The notes under the pieces: model-generated
What the model was told of the DNA's origin: nothing
Databases searched by the model: none
Seen by the model: the letters and a program-made list of their open reading frames with translations, nothing else
Position numbers and translations under genes: made by a program
Assembly: GCA_963798845.1 (NCBI GenBank)
Contig: CAWCUS010000002.1
Span: forward strand, 834,058-898,057
From: an uncultured Gemmatimonadales bacterium
Lineage (GTDB): Bacteria > Gemmatimonadota > Gemmatimonadetes > Longimicrobiales > RSA9
Reading direction: 5' to 3'
DNA: 64,000 nucleotides
Shown here: positions 38,038 through 46,129 of the stretch, one piece after another
How the letters are laid out: every line of letters starts with the position of its first letter
Numbering within the stretch: position 1 is the first letter of the stretch

Positions 38038-38641
38038 GCGGACGCGGGCGCTGGTGCGCCTCTCGGCGTCGCTGACGGCTTCGGAAGCGGCGCAGGCGAA
38101 AGCGATGGAGGCGGCCGCGCGGATCGATGGCGAGGCCGCGGAGGAGGTGCTGCTGCAGAGCTACCTCTTCCTCGGGTACCCCGTGGCGCTGAACGCGCTC
38201 GGGCTGTGGCGCCGACGGACGCGCCGTCCTCCGTCGCCACCCCGGGAGCCGCCCGAGTCCGGGGGATGGGAAGCGCGCGGCGAGCGCGTTTGCGCGGCCG
38301 TGTACGGCCGCCAGTACGCCGCGCTCCGGGAGGTCATGGCGGCGGCTCACCCGGAGCTGGACCGGTGGGCGGTCACGGAGGGGTACGGCAAGGTGCTGGG
38401 GCGGCCCGGGCTGGAGCTCGGCCTCCGGGAGCTCTGCATCGCGGCGATGCTGAGCGGCACGACGTCCATGCGGCAGCTCCACTCGCACCTCCGGGGGTGC
38501 TTGAACGTCGGCGCGTCGCCCCGGGAGGTGGCGGACACGCTCGACGCCGTGGCCGGCATCGTCGGCGAGGAGCGGGCGCGAGAGGCGCGCCGGGTGTGGG
38601 AGCGGGTGCTTGCTCGCTGGAACCGAAAGCAGGAGGACTGA
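38030..38641 (+). CDS. Carboxymuconolactone decarboxylase/AhpD-like protein
   Basis: LLQSYLFLGYP, YGKVLGRPGL...RELC, QLHSHLRGCLNVGAS. Confidence 0.8.
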   Translation: MDERTRALVRLSASLTASEAAQAKAMEAAARIDGEAAEEVLLQSYLFLGYPVALNALGLWRRRTRRPPSPPREPPESGGWEARGERVCAAVYGRQYAALREVMAAAHPELDRWAVTEGYGKVLGRPGLELGLRELCIAAMLSGTTSMRQLHSHLRGCLNVGASPREVADTLDAVAGIVGEERAREARRVWERVLARWNRKQED

Positions 38642-39670
38642 GTGTTGTTCGTCGACCAGGTCACGATCCACGTGTACGGCGGCCCCGGCGGCGCCGGGGC
38701 CGAAGCGTTCCGGCGCGAGACGTTCGTCCCACGGGGGGGGCCGTCGGGCGGGGACGGGGGCCACGGCGGGGCGGTGATCCTGCGGGCCGACGCGCAGCTC
38801 AGCACCCTGCTCGACTACCGGTACAGGGAGCATCACAAGGCGGAGCGCGGGCAGCACGGCGAGGGGAAGAACCGCACCGGCCGGAGCGGCGAAGACCTCT
38901 ACCTTCGCGTGCCGCCCGGGACGTACGTGGCGGATGCCGACACGGGGGAGCTGATCGGAGAGCTGCTGGAGGACGGTCAGGAGCTGGTGGTGGCGCGCGG
39001 CGGTCGGGGCGGACGGGGGAACGCGGCGTTCGCGACGTCCACGAACCGGGCCCCGCGCAAATGGGAGCCCGGGGAGCAGGGCGAGGAGCGCCGGATCCGG
39101 CTCGAGCTGAAGCTGATCGCCGACGTGGGTCTGGTCGGGTTCCCCAACGCCGGGAAGTCCACGCTACTTTCCCGGGTCTCCGCCGCGCGCCCGAAAGTGG
39201 CCGACTACCCGTTCACCACGCTTCAGCCCAACCTGGGCGTGGTGGAGCTGTCGGGGACGGGGCGGTCGTTCGTGCTGGCCGACATCCCGGGCATCATCGA
39301 GGGAGCCCACGAAGGGAAGGGGCTCGGGCTGCAGTTCCTCCGCCACATCGAGCGGACCCGCTGCCTGGCGTTCCTGGTGCCCGCCGACAGCGAGGACCCC
39401 GCGGCCGAGCTGGAAACGCTCCGTTCCGAGCTGGCGGCGTACTCGGATGCACTGGCCGGGAAGCCGGCGTGCGCCGTGCTCACGAAAGCCGACCTGCTGC
39501 TCCCGGACGAGCGCCCCGCCGCGCCCGCGGCCGAGGAGATGTGGGGATCGTACGTCGTCTCGGCCGTCACCGGCGAAGGGGTGGAAGAGTGGAAGGAAGG
39601 GGTGTGGCGACAGCTGCGCGAGCAGGCAGGGGAGGCGGAGGAAAGCGAGCCGGAGCCGTGGCGGCCATAG
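38642..39670 (+). CDS. obgE: GTPase ObgE/CgtA
   Basis: FVDQ, GGPSGGDGGHGG, LELKLIADVGLVGFPNAGKS, YPFTT, DIPG, TKAD. Confidence 0.97.
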   Translation: MLFVDQVTIHVYGGPGGAGAEAFRRETFVPRGGPSGGDGGHGGAVILRADAQLSTLLDYRYREHHKAERGQHGEGKNRTGRSGEDLYLRVPPGTYVADADTGELIGELLEDGQELVVARGGRGGRGNAAFATSTNRAPRKWEPGEQGEERRIRLELKLIADVGLVGFPNAGKSTLLSRVSAARPKVADYPFTTLQPNLGVVELSGTGRSFVLADIPGIIEGAHEGKGLGLQFLRHIERTRCLAFLVPADSEDPAAELETLRSELAAYSDALAGKPACAVLTKADLLLPDERPAAPAAEEMWGSYVVSAVTGEGVEEWKEGVWRQLREQAGEAEESEPEPWRP

Positions 39671-40821
39671 CTCCGGTGCGCCCGGGCGAACGGGAGCTGA
39701 GGGCGTTGCTGCACGCGCTGGCGCTGACCGGGGTTGGAAGCGCGCGCCTGCGTGCGTGCGCGAACGACGCCGCAGGGACCACGAGCGCACGAAAGGCCGC
39801 GGCGGAGCAGCTGACGGCGGAGCTCGCGGCGGATCGGGCGACCTCGGACCCGGCGCGGGCTGCCGTGTTCGAGCGTCTGGCGGAGCGGGTCTCGAGACGG
39901 CTGTCGCCGGGCGAGAAAGCGCGGGCGCGCGGTTGGGGCTCGCGGGCACTTGCGACGATCCGAACGCGCGGGCTGCACGTCCTCACGCCGCGCATGCCGC
40001 AGTATCCGCCTCGCCTGCTGCACCTCGACGTGCCGCCGTACCCGCTCTTCGCCGAAGGGCGGCTCGAGCTGCTGGACGGACCGGCGGTGGCCGTGGTGGG
40101 CACGCGGGCCTGCACGGCCACCGGACTGGAGGCGGCCAGCCGGATCGCCGTTGGGATCGCGGCGGCGGGGGTGGCCGTCGTGAGCGGCCTGGCGCGGGGG
40201 ATCGATGGTGCGGCGCATCGCGCGGCCGGTCCTTCGCGGACGATCGGGGTGCTGGGGTGCGGGATCGACGTGAGCTATCCTCGCCAGCACGCCGACCTGC
40301 AGGCGGCCATCGGTCGGGAGGGCCTCCTGCTCTCCGAGCAGCTTCCCGGTACACCGGCGGCGGCCTACAACTTCCCCCGTCGGAACCGGATCCTGGCAGC
40401 ACTGGCCACGGGCGTGGTTGTGGTGGAGGCGCCCGCCACCAGCGGCGCGCTGATCACCGCAGGGATCGCGGCCGACCTGGGGCGAACCGTGTGCGCCGTT
40501 CCCGGTGCGGTGAACAGCCCGGCGAGCGAGGGGAGCAACGCGTTGATTCGCGATGGTGCCGAGCTGGTGACGAGCGCGGCCGAGGTCCTGTCCACCCTCG
40601 ACTTGCCTCTCCCGCCCCCCGAGGCGGAGGATGCGCCGCCGCCGGAGCTCACCGGGGTGGGGCTGGCGCTGTGGCGGAGCATGGGGGCGTGTCCCCGCCA
40701 CGTCGACGAGCTGTCCGGGGAGCTGGGTCTGGACGTCGGACAGGGTCTGGCGTCGCTGTTGGCCCTGGAAATCCAGGGCCACGCCCGGCAGCTGCCCGGG
40801 CTCCGCTTCGCGCGCGGGTGA
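39658..40821 (+). CDS. dprA: DNA-processing protein DprA
   Basis: YPPRL...PP, AVVGTR, VSGLARGIDGAAH, FPRRNRI, SGALITA, GSNALIRDGA, C-terminal winged helix. Start approximate. Confidence 0.92.
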   Translation: MAAIAPVRPGERELRALLHALALTGVGSARLRACANDAAGTTSARKAAAEQLTAELAADRATSDPARAAVFERLAERVSRRLSPGEKARARGWGSRALATIRTRGLHVLTPRMPQYPPRLLHLDVPPYPLFAEGRLELLDGPAVAVVGTRACTATGLEAASRIAVGIAAAGVAVVSGLARGIDGAAHRAAGPSRTIGVLGCGIDVSYPRQHADLQAAIGREGLLLSEQLPGTPAAAYNFPRRNRILAALATGVVVVEAPATSGALITAGIAADLGRTVCAVPGAVNSPASEGSNALIRDGAELVTSAAEVLSTLDLPLPPPEAEDAPPPELTGVGLALWRSMGACPRHVDELSGELGLDVGQGLASLLALEIQGHARQLPGLRFARG

Positions 40822-40863
40822 AGCTCGGCCGAACTGCTCGGACGCCCGAGGGTATCCACGGTC

Positions 40864-41994
40864 GTGAGACCCGAATACCTGTACGTGCACGCCCCGTTCT
40901 GCGCACGCCGCTGCAGCTACTGCGACTTCGCGGTCAAGGTCGCGCGGCAGCCGCCGGTGGAGGCGTGGACCGGCGCGATCGCGGGCGAGCTCGGCATGGT
41001 GGCGCGCGAGCACGGCTGGACCGAACCGCTGCATCTGCGGACGCTCTATCTCGGGGGCGGCACGCCGTCACTCCTGGGGCCGGGCGCGTTCGGGCGGCTG
41101 CTGGACGGACTGTCGGCGCACGCTGTCGTGCCGCATGGAGGGGAGGTGACGGCGGAGGCGAACCCGGAGAGCTTCACGGCGGAGCTCGCGGCGGACTGGG
41201 TGGCCGCGGGCGTGAACAGGGTGAGCTTCGGCGCCCAGACCTTCCACGAGCCGAGCCTGCGCTGGATGGGGCGGCTGCACGGTCCCGACGGCCCCGGTCG
41301 CGCTGTACGCGTGGCCAGGAGCGCGGGGCTGGAGAACGTCGGGCTCGACCTGATCTTCGGGCTGCCGGAGCGGCTGGGGCGGGACCTTGCGGCCGACATC
41401 GACGCGGTCCTCGCCCTCGAGCCGGAGCACATCTCGGTGTACGGCCTGTCGGTGGAGCCGGCCACTCCGCTGGGGCGGTGGGTGAGGGAGGGGCGGGAAA
41501 TCGCACCGGACCCGGACCGATACAGCGAGGAGTATGTGGAAGTGTCCCGACGGATCACGGCTGCGGGGTACGAGCACTACGAGGTTTCCAACTTCGCGCG
41601 CCCGGGTCGCTGGTCGCGTCACAACGCCTCCTACTGGCGGGGCGACCCGTATCTCGGGCTTGGCAACGGGGCGCACTCGTTCGTGGGAGGCGAGCGGTGG
41701 TGGAACCAGCGCGACTGGGATGCGTACCGCGTTGCGGTCGAGGAAGGGCGCTCGCCGGTGGCGGACCGGGAGACGATCGGCCCCGCCGAAGCGCGTCTGG
41801 AGCGGACCTGGCTGGGGCTGCGTACACGCGAGGGTCTTTCTCAGTCGGAGCTGACGCCCGAGCAGCGCGCCGCAGTGAGCGCGTGGGAGGCGGAAGGGTG
41901 GGCGGAGGTGAACGACGGCGCAGTGCGCCTGACGGTGGAGGGCTGGCTGCTTCTGGATCGGCTGGCCGTGGAGCTCGAGGCGATCGCCGGGTGA
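40864..41994 (+). CDS. hemW: Radical SAM heme chaperone HemW
   Basis: YVHAPFCARRCSYCDF, GGGTPS, YEVSNFA, HNASYW (HNxxYW). Confidence 0.92.
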   Translation: MRPEYLYVHAPFCARRCSYCDFAVKVARQPPVEAWTGAIAGELGMVAREHGWTEPLHLRTLYLGGGTPSLLGPGAFGRLLDGLSAHAVVPHGGEVTAEANPESFTAELAADWVAAGVNRVSFGAQTFHEPSLRWMGRLHGPDGPGRAVRVARSAGLENVGLDLIFGLPERLGRDLAADIDAVLALEPEHISVYGLSVEPATPLGRWVREGREIAPDPDRYSEEYVEVSRRITAAGYEHYEVSNFARPGRWSRHNASYWRGDPYLGLGNGAHSFVGGERWWNQRDWDAYRVAVEEGRSPVADRETIGPAEARLERTWLGLRTREGLSQSELTPEQRAAVSAWEAEGWAEVNDGAVRLTVEGWLLLDRLAVELEAIAG

Positions 41995-42014
41995 AGCGGC
42001 CGGGATCGCGTCGC

Positions 42015-42043
42015 TTGAGATCGACGGTCGGCAGCGCCATAGT
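42015..42043 (+). promoter_or_regulatory. Putative hrcA promoter
   Basis: TTGAGA, 17 nt, CATAGT. Confidence 0.4.
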
Positions 42044-42088
42044 ACGGGACTGGTCACGGACGATCTCAACGGTGCATCAGATCTGACG

Positions 42089-43165
42089 ATGAGTGGAGCA
42101 TCGCTCACAGAACGGGAACAGCGCGTCCTGGATGCCGTCATCCGGATGTACGTGGAGACGGCCGAGCCGGCCGGGAGCCGCACGGTGGCGAAGCGGTTCC
42201 GTCTCGGCGTGTCGCCGGCCACGGTGCGCAACACCATGGCGGATCTCGAGGAGAAGGGATTCCTCTACCATCCGCACACGTCGGCGGGGCGGATCCCGAC
42301 GGACCAGGCGTACCGGTTCTACGTCGACACGCTCATGCGTCCCCGGCGCTTCACCCCCGCGCAGACGAAGAGGCTGCGGGACGAGCTGGAGAGTGGCGCG
42401 CTCGGGCCGCTGGAGCGGCTGGTGCGACGCGCGACGCAGGTGATGGGGCTGCTGACCGGCGAGCTGGGGGTGGCCATCGCGCCCTCGGTCGACGAGGTCG
42501 TGCTGGAACGGCTGGAGCTGGTGGCGCTGTCGCCGGAAAAGGTGCTGCTGGTCCTGACATTGCGAAACGGGATCGTGCGAACGGTGTACGTGGACCTGCC
42601 GCTGTCGGTGCCACCCGAGACACTGCTGTCGCTGACCGTGGTGCTGAACGAGCGGCTGGCCGGACAGACCCTGGCGGAAATCCGGTCTACGCTCCCCGAC
42701 CGCCTGCGCGACGCCGCGCCGGCGGAGGATGCCACCGCGAAGGAGCTGCTGAACATCTTCCTCCAGTCGGGGGATGAGTTCTTCGATCTTTCGGGCGACG
42801 ACGTGCATCTCGGCTATACGAGCGTGCTGGCGAGCCAGCCGGAGTTCGAGTCGGGGCGAGACCTGCGGGAGCTGATCCAGCTGACCGAGCAGCGGGACCT
42901 GCTGGCAAAGGTGCTGGCGTCCCGGGCGCACGACCACCGGCTCCAGATCAGCATCGGGAACGAGAACCAGACGCCGGAGCTGAGCGGTTTCACGCTGGTG
43001 ACGTGCGAGTACCAGGTGGGTGAGCTCGTGGGCATCATCGGCGTGATCGGGCCGACGCGGATGCCGTACGACAAGGTGGTCACGATCGTGGACAACACGA
43101 GCCGTATCGTGTCGGAGCTGTACACCCCGACGGTGGACCTGATTCCGCCGGACCAGAAGAACTGA
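42089..43165 (+). CDS. hrcA: Heat-inducible transcription repressor HrcA
   Basis: SPATVRNTMADLEEKG...PHTSAGRIPT...YRFYVD, GVIGPTRMPY. Confidence 0.97.
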   Translation: MSGASLTEREQRVLDAVIRMYVETAEPAGSRTVAKRFRLGVSPATVRNTMADLEEKGFLYHPHTSAGRIPTDQAYRFYVDTLMRPRRFTPAQTKRLRDELESGALGPLERLVRRATQVMGLLTGELGVAIAPSVDEVVLERLELVALSPEKVLLVLTLRNGIVRTVYVDLPLSVPPETLLSLTVVLNERLAGQTLAEIRSTLPDRLRDAAPAEDATAKELLNIFLQSGDEFFDLSGDDVHLGYTSVLASQPEFESGRDLRELIQLTEQRDLLAKVLASRAHDHRLQISIGNENQTPELSGFTLVTCEYQVGELVGIIGVIGPTRMPYDKVVTIVDNTSRIVSELYTPTVDLIPPDQKN

Positions 43166-43174
43166 ACGGAACGG

Positions 43175-44332
43175 ATGCGAGACTACTACGAGATTCTTGG
43201 AGTGGACCGGAGCGCCGACGGCGATGCCATCAAGAAGGCGTACCGCAAGCTCGCCCTCAAGCACCATCCCGACCGCAACGGCGGATCGAGTGAAGCGGAA
43301 GAGAAGTTCAAGGAGGCGACGGAGGCGTACGAGGTGCTGCGCGACACCCAGAAGCGGAGCACGTACGACCGCTTCGGCCACGCGGGGCTGAAGGGAGGGC
43401 GCGGCAGCGCCGGCTTCAGCGGCTTCGACTTCGCGGACGCGCTCAACATCTTCATGCGCGATTTCGGCGCCTTCGGTCTGGAAGACCTGTTCGGGGGCGG
43501 GCGCAGAGGCGGGCGGAGAGGCGGGCCGCAGAAGGGCGCCGACGTCCGGATCCGGCTGCCGCTGACGTTGAAGGATGTGGCCGAGGGCGTGAAGAAGAAG
43601 CTCAAGGTCCAGGTGCTGGATCCGTGCGACGAGTGCGGCGGCAGCGGCGCCGAGGGCGGGGCCCCGCCCGTGACCTGCGAGACGTGCGGCGGCGCCGGCG
43701 AGGTGCGTCGCGTCCAGCGCTCCATGCTCGGCCAGCTCATGAGCGTGACGCCGTGTCCGACCTGCGGCGGCGAAGGTCGGGTGGTGAAGGACCCGTGTGG
43801 CGCGTGCGGCGGCCGGGGGGTCACGCGGGGCGAATCAATGCTGGACGTGGACGTCCCGGCGGGCGTGTCGAGCGGGGATTACATCACGCTGCGGGGGAAG
43901 GGGAGCGCGGGGCCTCGCAGCGGGCCACGCGGCGACGTGTACGTGGTCGTGGAGGTGGAGGAGGACCGTCGCTTCGTCCGCGAGGGTGCGGACCTCTACT
44001 ACGAGCTCCCGGTCACGTACGCCCAGGCAGTGCTCGGAGACCGGGTCGAGGTGCCGACCGTGCTGGGCGCTGCGGAAGTCCACATTCCGCGGGGAACGCA
44101 GTCCGGTATGATGATCCGACTTCGCGGCGAAGGGCTGCCGCGGCTCCAGGCGGCCGGCCGCGGCGACCTGATGGTGCGCGTCGTTGTGTGGGTCCCGGGC
44201 GATCTCGGCGCCGAGGAGGAGAAGCTGATCCGGGCGCTGCGGAAGGTGGAATCGGCGGCGCCGGAGTCCGTCGAGCAGCCGGGCGAGCCCGGCGGGTTCT
44301 GGAGCCGGGTGCGGCAGGCCTTCACGGCCTGA
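43175..44332 (+). CDS. dnaJ: Chaperone DnaJ
   Basis: J-domain with HPD, G/F region, four CxxCxGxG repeats. Confidence 0.97.
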   Translation: MRDYYEILGVDRSADGDAIKKAYRKLALKHHPDRNGGSSEAEEKFKEATEAYEVLRDTQKRSTYDRFGHAGLKGGRGSAGFSGFDFADALNIFMRDFGAFGLEDLFGGGRRGGRRGGPQKGADVRIRLPLTLKDVAEGVKKKLKVQVLDPCDECGGSGAEGGAPPVTCETCGGAGEVRRVQRSMLGQLMSVTPCPTCGGEGRVVKDPCGACGGRGVTRGESMLDVDVPAGVSSGDYITLRGKGSAGPRSGPRGDVYVVVEVEEDRRFVREGADLYYELPVTYAQAVLGDRVEVPTVLGAAEVHIPRGTQSGMMIRLRGEGLPRLQAAGRGDLMVRVVVWVPGDLGAEEEKLIRALRKVESAAPESVEQPGEPGGFWSRVRQAFTA

Positions 44333-45198
44333 TGGGTCGACGCTGGCTGGTTCTGACCGTCCGGGTCCCCTCGGGCGAGCTGACCGATGAGCTCGCCGGG
44401 GGGCTCGTCGCGTTGGGGGGGACCGCGGTGGAGGAGGAGCTGGATCTGCTGACCACCTACGTCCCCGAGCCCGCCGACGTGAATGCATTCCTGCTCGAAG
44501 CCGCAGATCGCGTACGCGCAATTGCCGGCGCCGAGCTCGAGATGTTGTGGGGCTGGCAGGAGGACGAGGACTGGAGCCGGCGGTGGAAGGAGGGGCTCGC
44601 CCCCCGTCGCGTGGGCGAGCGTCTGACCGTCACCCAGCCGTGGAACCCGGTGCCGGAGGAAGGCGATGACGTCGTCATTGTCGTGGATCCCGCGTCCGCG
44701 TTCGGCACGGGAGAGCACGCCTCCACCCGGGGCGCGCTCCGCCTCCTCGAGTCCGCCGTCCGACCTGGCGACCGGGTGCTCGACGTGGGTGCGGGCACGG
44801 GCATCCTCTCGATCGCGGCCGTGCGGCTCGGGGCGGGGAAGGTGGTGGCGGCGGAGGCGGACCCCGGCGCCATGGAAACGGCCCGGGAGAACGTGGAGCG
44901 GAATGGCGTCGCCGCCGCGATCGAGCTCGCACAGGCCGTGGTGGACGCCGCCTACCTGGCCGATCGGCGGGTCGATGGCTTCGAGGTCATCGTAGCCAAC
45001 ATCCTGAGCGGGGTGCTGATCCCGCTCCTCCCGCACTTCCGTGCCGCGCTGGCGCCGGACGGGCGCCTGATCCTGGCCGGGATCACGGAGTCGGAGGCCG
45101 GGGAAGTGACGGCTGCCGCGAGATCGGCGGGTCTGGCGCTGGAGCGGGAGGACGTGGAGGAAGAATGGTGGGCTGCGCTGCTTCTCCCGGCGAATTGA
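44332..45198 (+). CDS. prmA: Ribosomal protein L11 methyltransferase
   Basis: DPASAFGTGEHAST, LDVGAGTGIL, VANIL; follows dnaJ. Confidence 0.94.
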   Translation: MGRRWLVLTVRVPSGELTDELAGGLVALGGTAVEEELDLLTTYVPEPADVNAFLLEAADRVRAIAGAELEMLWGWQEDEDWSRRWKEGLAPRRVGERLTVTQPWNPVPEEGDDVVIVVDPASAFGTGEHASTRGALRLLESAVRPGDRVLDVGAGTGILSIAAVRLGAGKVVAAEADPGAMETARENVERNGVAAAIELAQAVVDAAYLADRRVDGFEVIVANILSGVLIPLLPHFRAALAPDGRLILAGITESEAGEVTAAARSAGLALEREDVEEEWWAALLLPAN

Positions 45199-45601
45199 CC
45201 GCCGGAGCGAGGGCGGCGCAGGTGCGCCCGCCGGCGGCCGCGAGGCCGAAGGAAGGGTGGGCGGCGAGCACTTCGCGGACGGTTGCACGGAGCAGGCCGG
45301 ACACTCCGCCCGGCGGCGCCCCGGGCACGGTGGCGTCCGCGGGCGCCACCAGCGCCGCGCAGCCGAGGCCCGCAGCGTCCAGCGCCGTCGCGTAGGCCAT
45401 GCCCCGCTCTCCGGCGATCCGGAACCCGGCCGGCGGCGCGAGGACCACGAAGCGGGCGTCCTGTCGGAGCCGCTGCTCGAGGTCCGCGACGGCCGCCGCG
45501 CCGGGCCGGCCGAGCCGGTGCGCAAGCTCGGCCACGCTGAGGGCCGGACGCGGGTCCGAGGAGATCTCGCGGGCGGCGGCGTCCAGCAGGGTATCGATCA
45601 C
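45083..45601 (-). CDS. Hypothetical protein overlapping the prmA 3' end
   Basis: GGAGG SD 5 nt before GTG 45601; fills the otherwise empty prmA-yqeY gap; helical N-terminus, Pro-rich tail. Confidence 0.5.
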   Translation of the reverse strand: MIDTLLDAAAREISSDPRPALSVAELAHRLGRPGAAAVADLEQRLRQDARFVVLAPPAGFRIAGERGMAYATALDAAGLGCAALVAPADATVPGAPPGGVSGLLRATVREVLAAHPSFGLAAAGGRTCAALAPAVNSPGEAAQPTILPPRPPAPAPDPPISRQPSLPRPPTP

Positions 45602-45694
45602 GGTGGCCTCCGGGTGCCGGGGACACCATGATGAAGCGGATGCCGGGGCGCCGGAATGGTCCGACGCGTCGCGCACCGGGAGGAGTGGGACAGG

Positions 45695-46129
45695 ATGGAG
45701 GGGAAACTGAAGGATCGTCTGCGCGGGGACCTGAACGAGGCGCGTCGCTCGAAGGACCGTCTGCGCACGATGCTGCTGACCACGACGCTCTCCGAAGTCC
45801 GCAACCGCGAGATCGAGCTCCAGCGCGAAGCGACCGACAATGACGTCCTCGCCGTGGTCGCCCGCGCCATCAAGCAGCGGGAGGAGTCGGCGGCCCAGAT
45901 GCGCTCGGGCGGGCGCGAGGATCTGGCGGAGAAGGAGGCGAAGGAAGCCACGCTGCTGCGCGCGTACACGCCGGCCCCGGTGTCTGAAGCGGAGGTGAGG
46001 AGCATGGTGCGCGAGCTGGTTGCCGGCGGTGCCACGGACGTCGGTGCGGTCATGAAGGGATTGATGCCGCGCATCAGGGGGCGCTTCGACGGCAGGGAAG
46101 CGAACCGGATCGTCCGCGAGGAGCTTTGA
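45695..46129 (+). CDS. GatB/YqeY domain protein
   Basis: IKQREESAAQMRSGGREDLAEKE, GAVMKGLMP...GRFDG. Confidence 0.92.
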   Translation: MEGKLKDRLRGDLNEARRSKDRLRTMLLTTTLSEVRNREIELQREATDNDVLAVVARAIKQREESAAQMRSGGREDLAEKEAKEATLLRAYTPAPVSEAEVRSMVRELVAGGATDVGAVMKGLMPRIRGRFDGREANRIVREEL

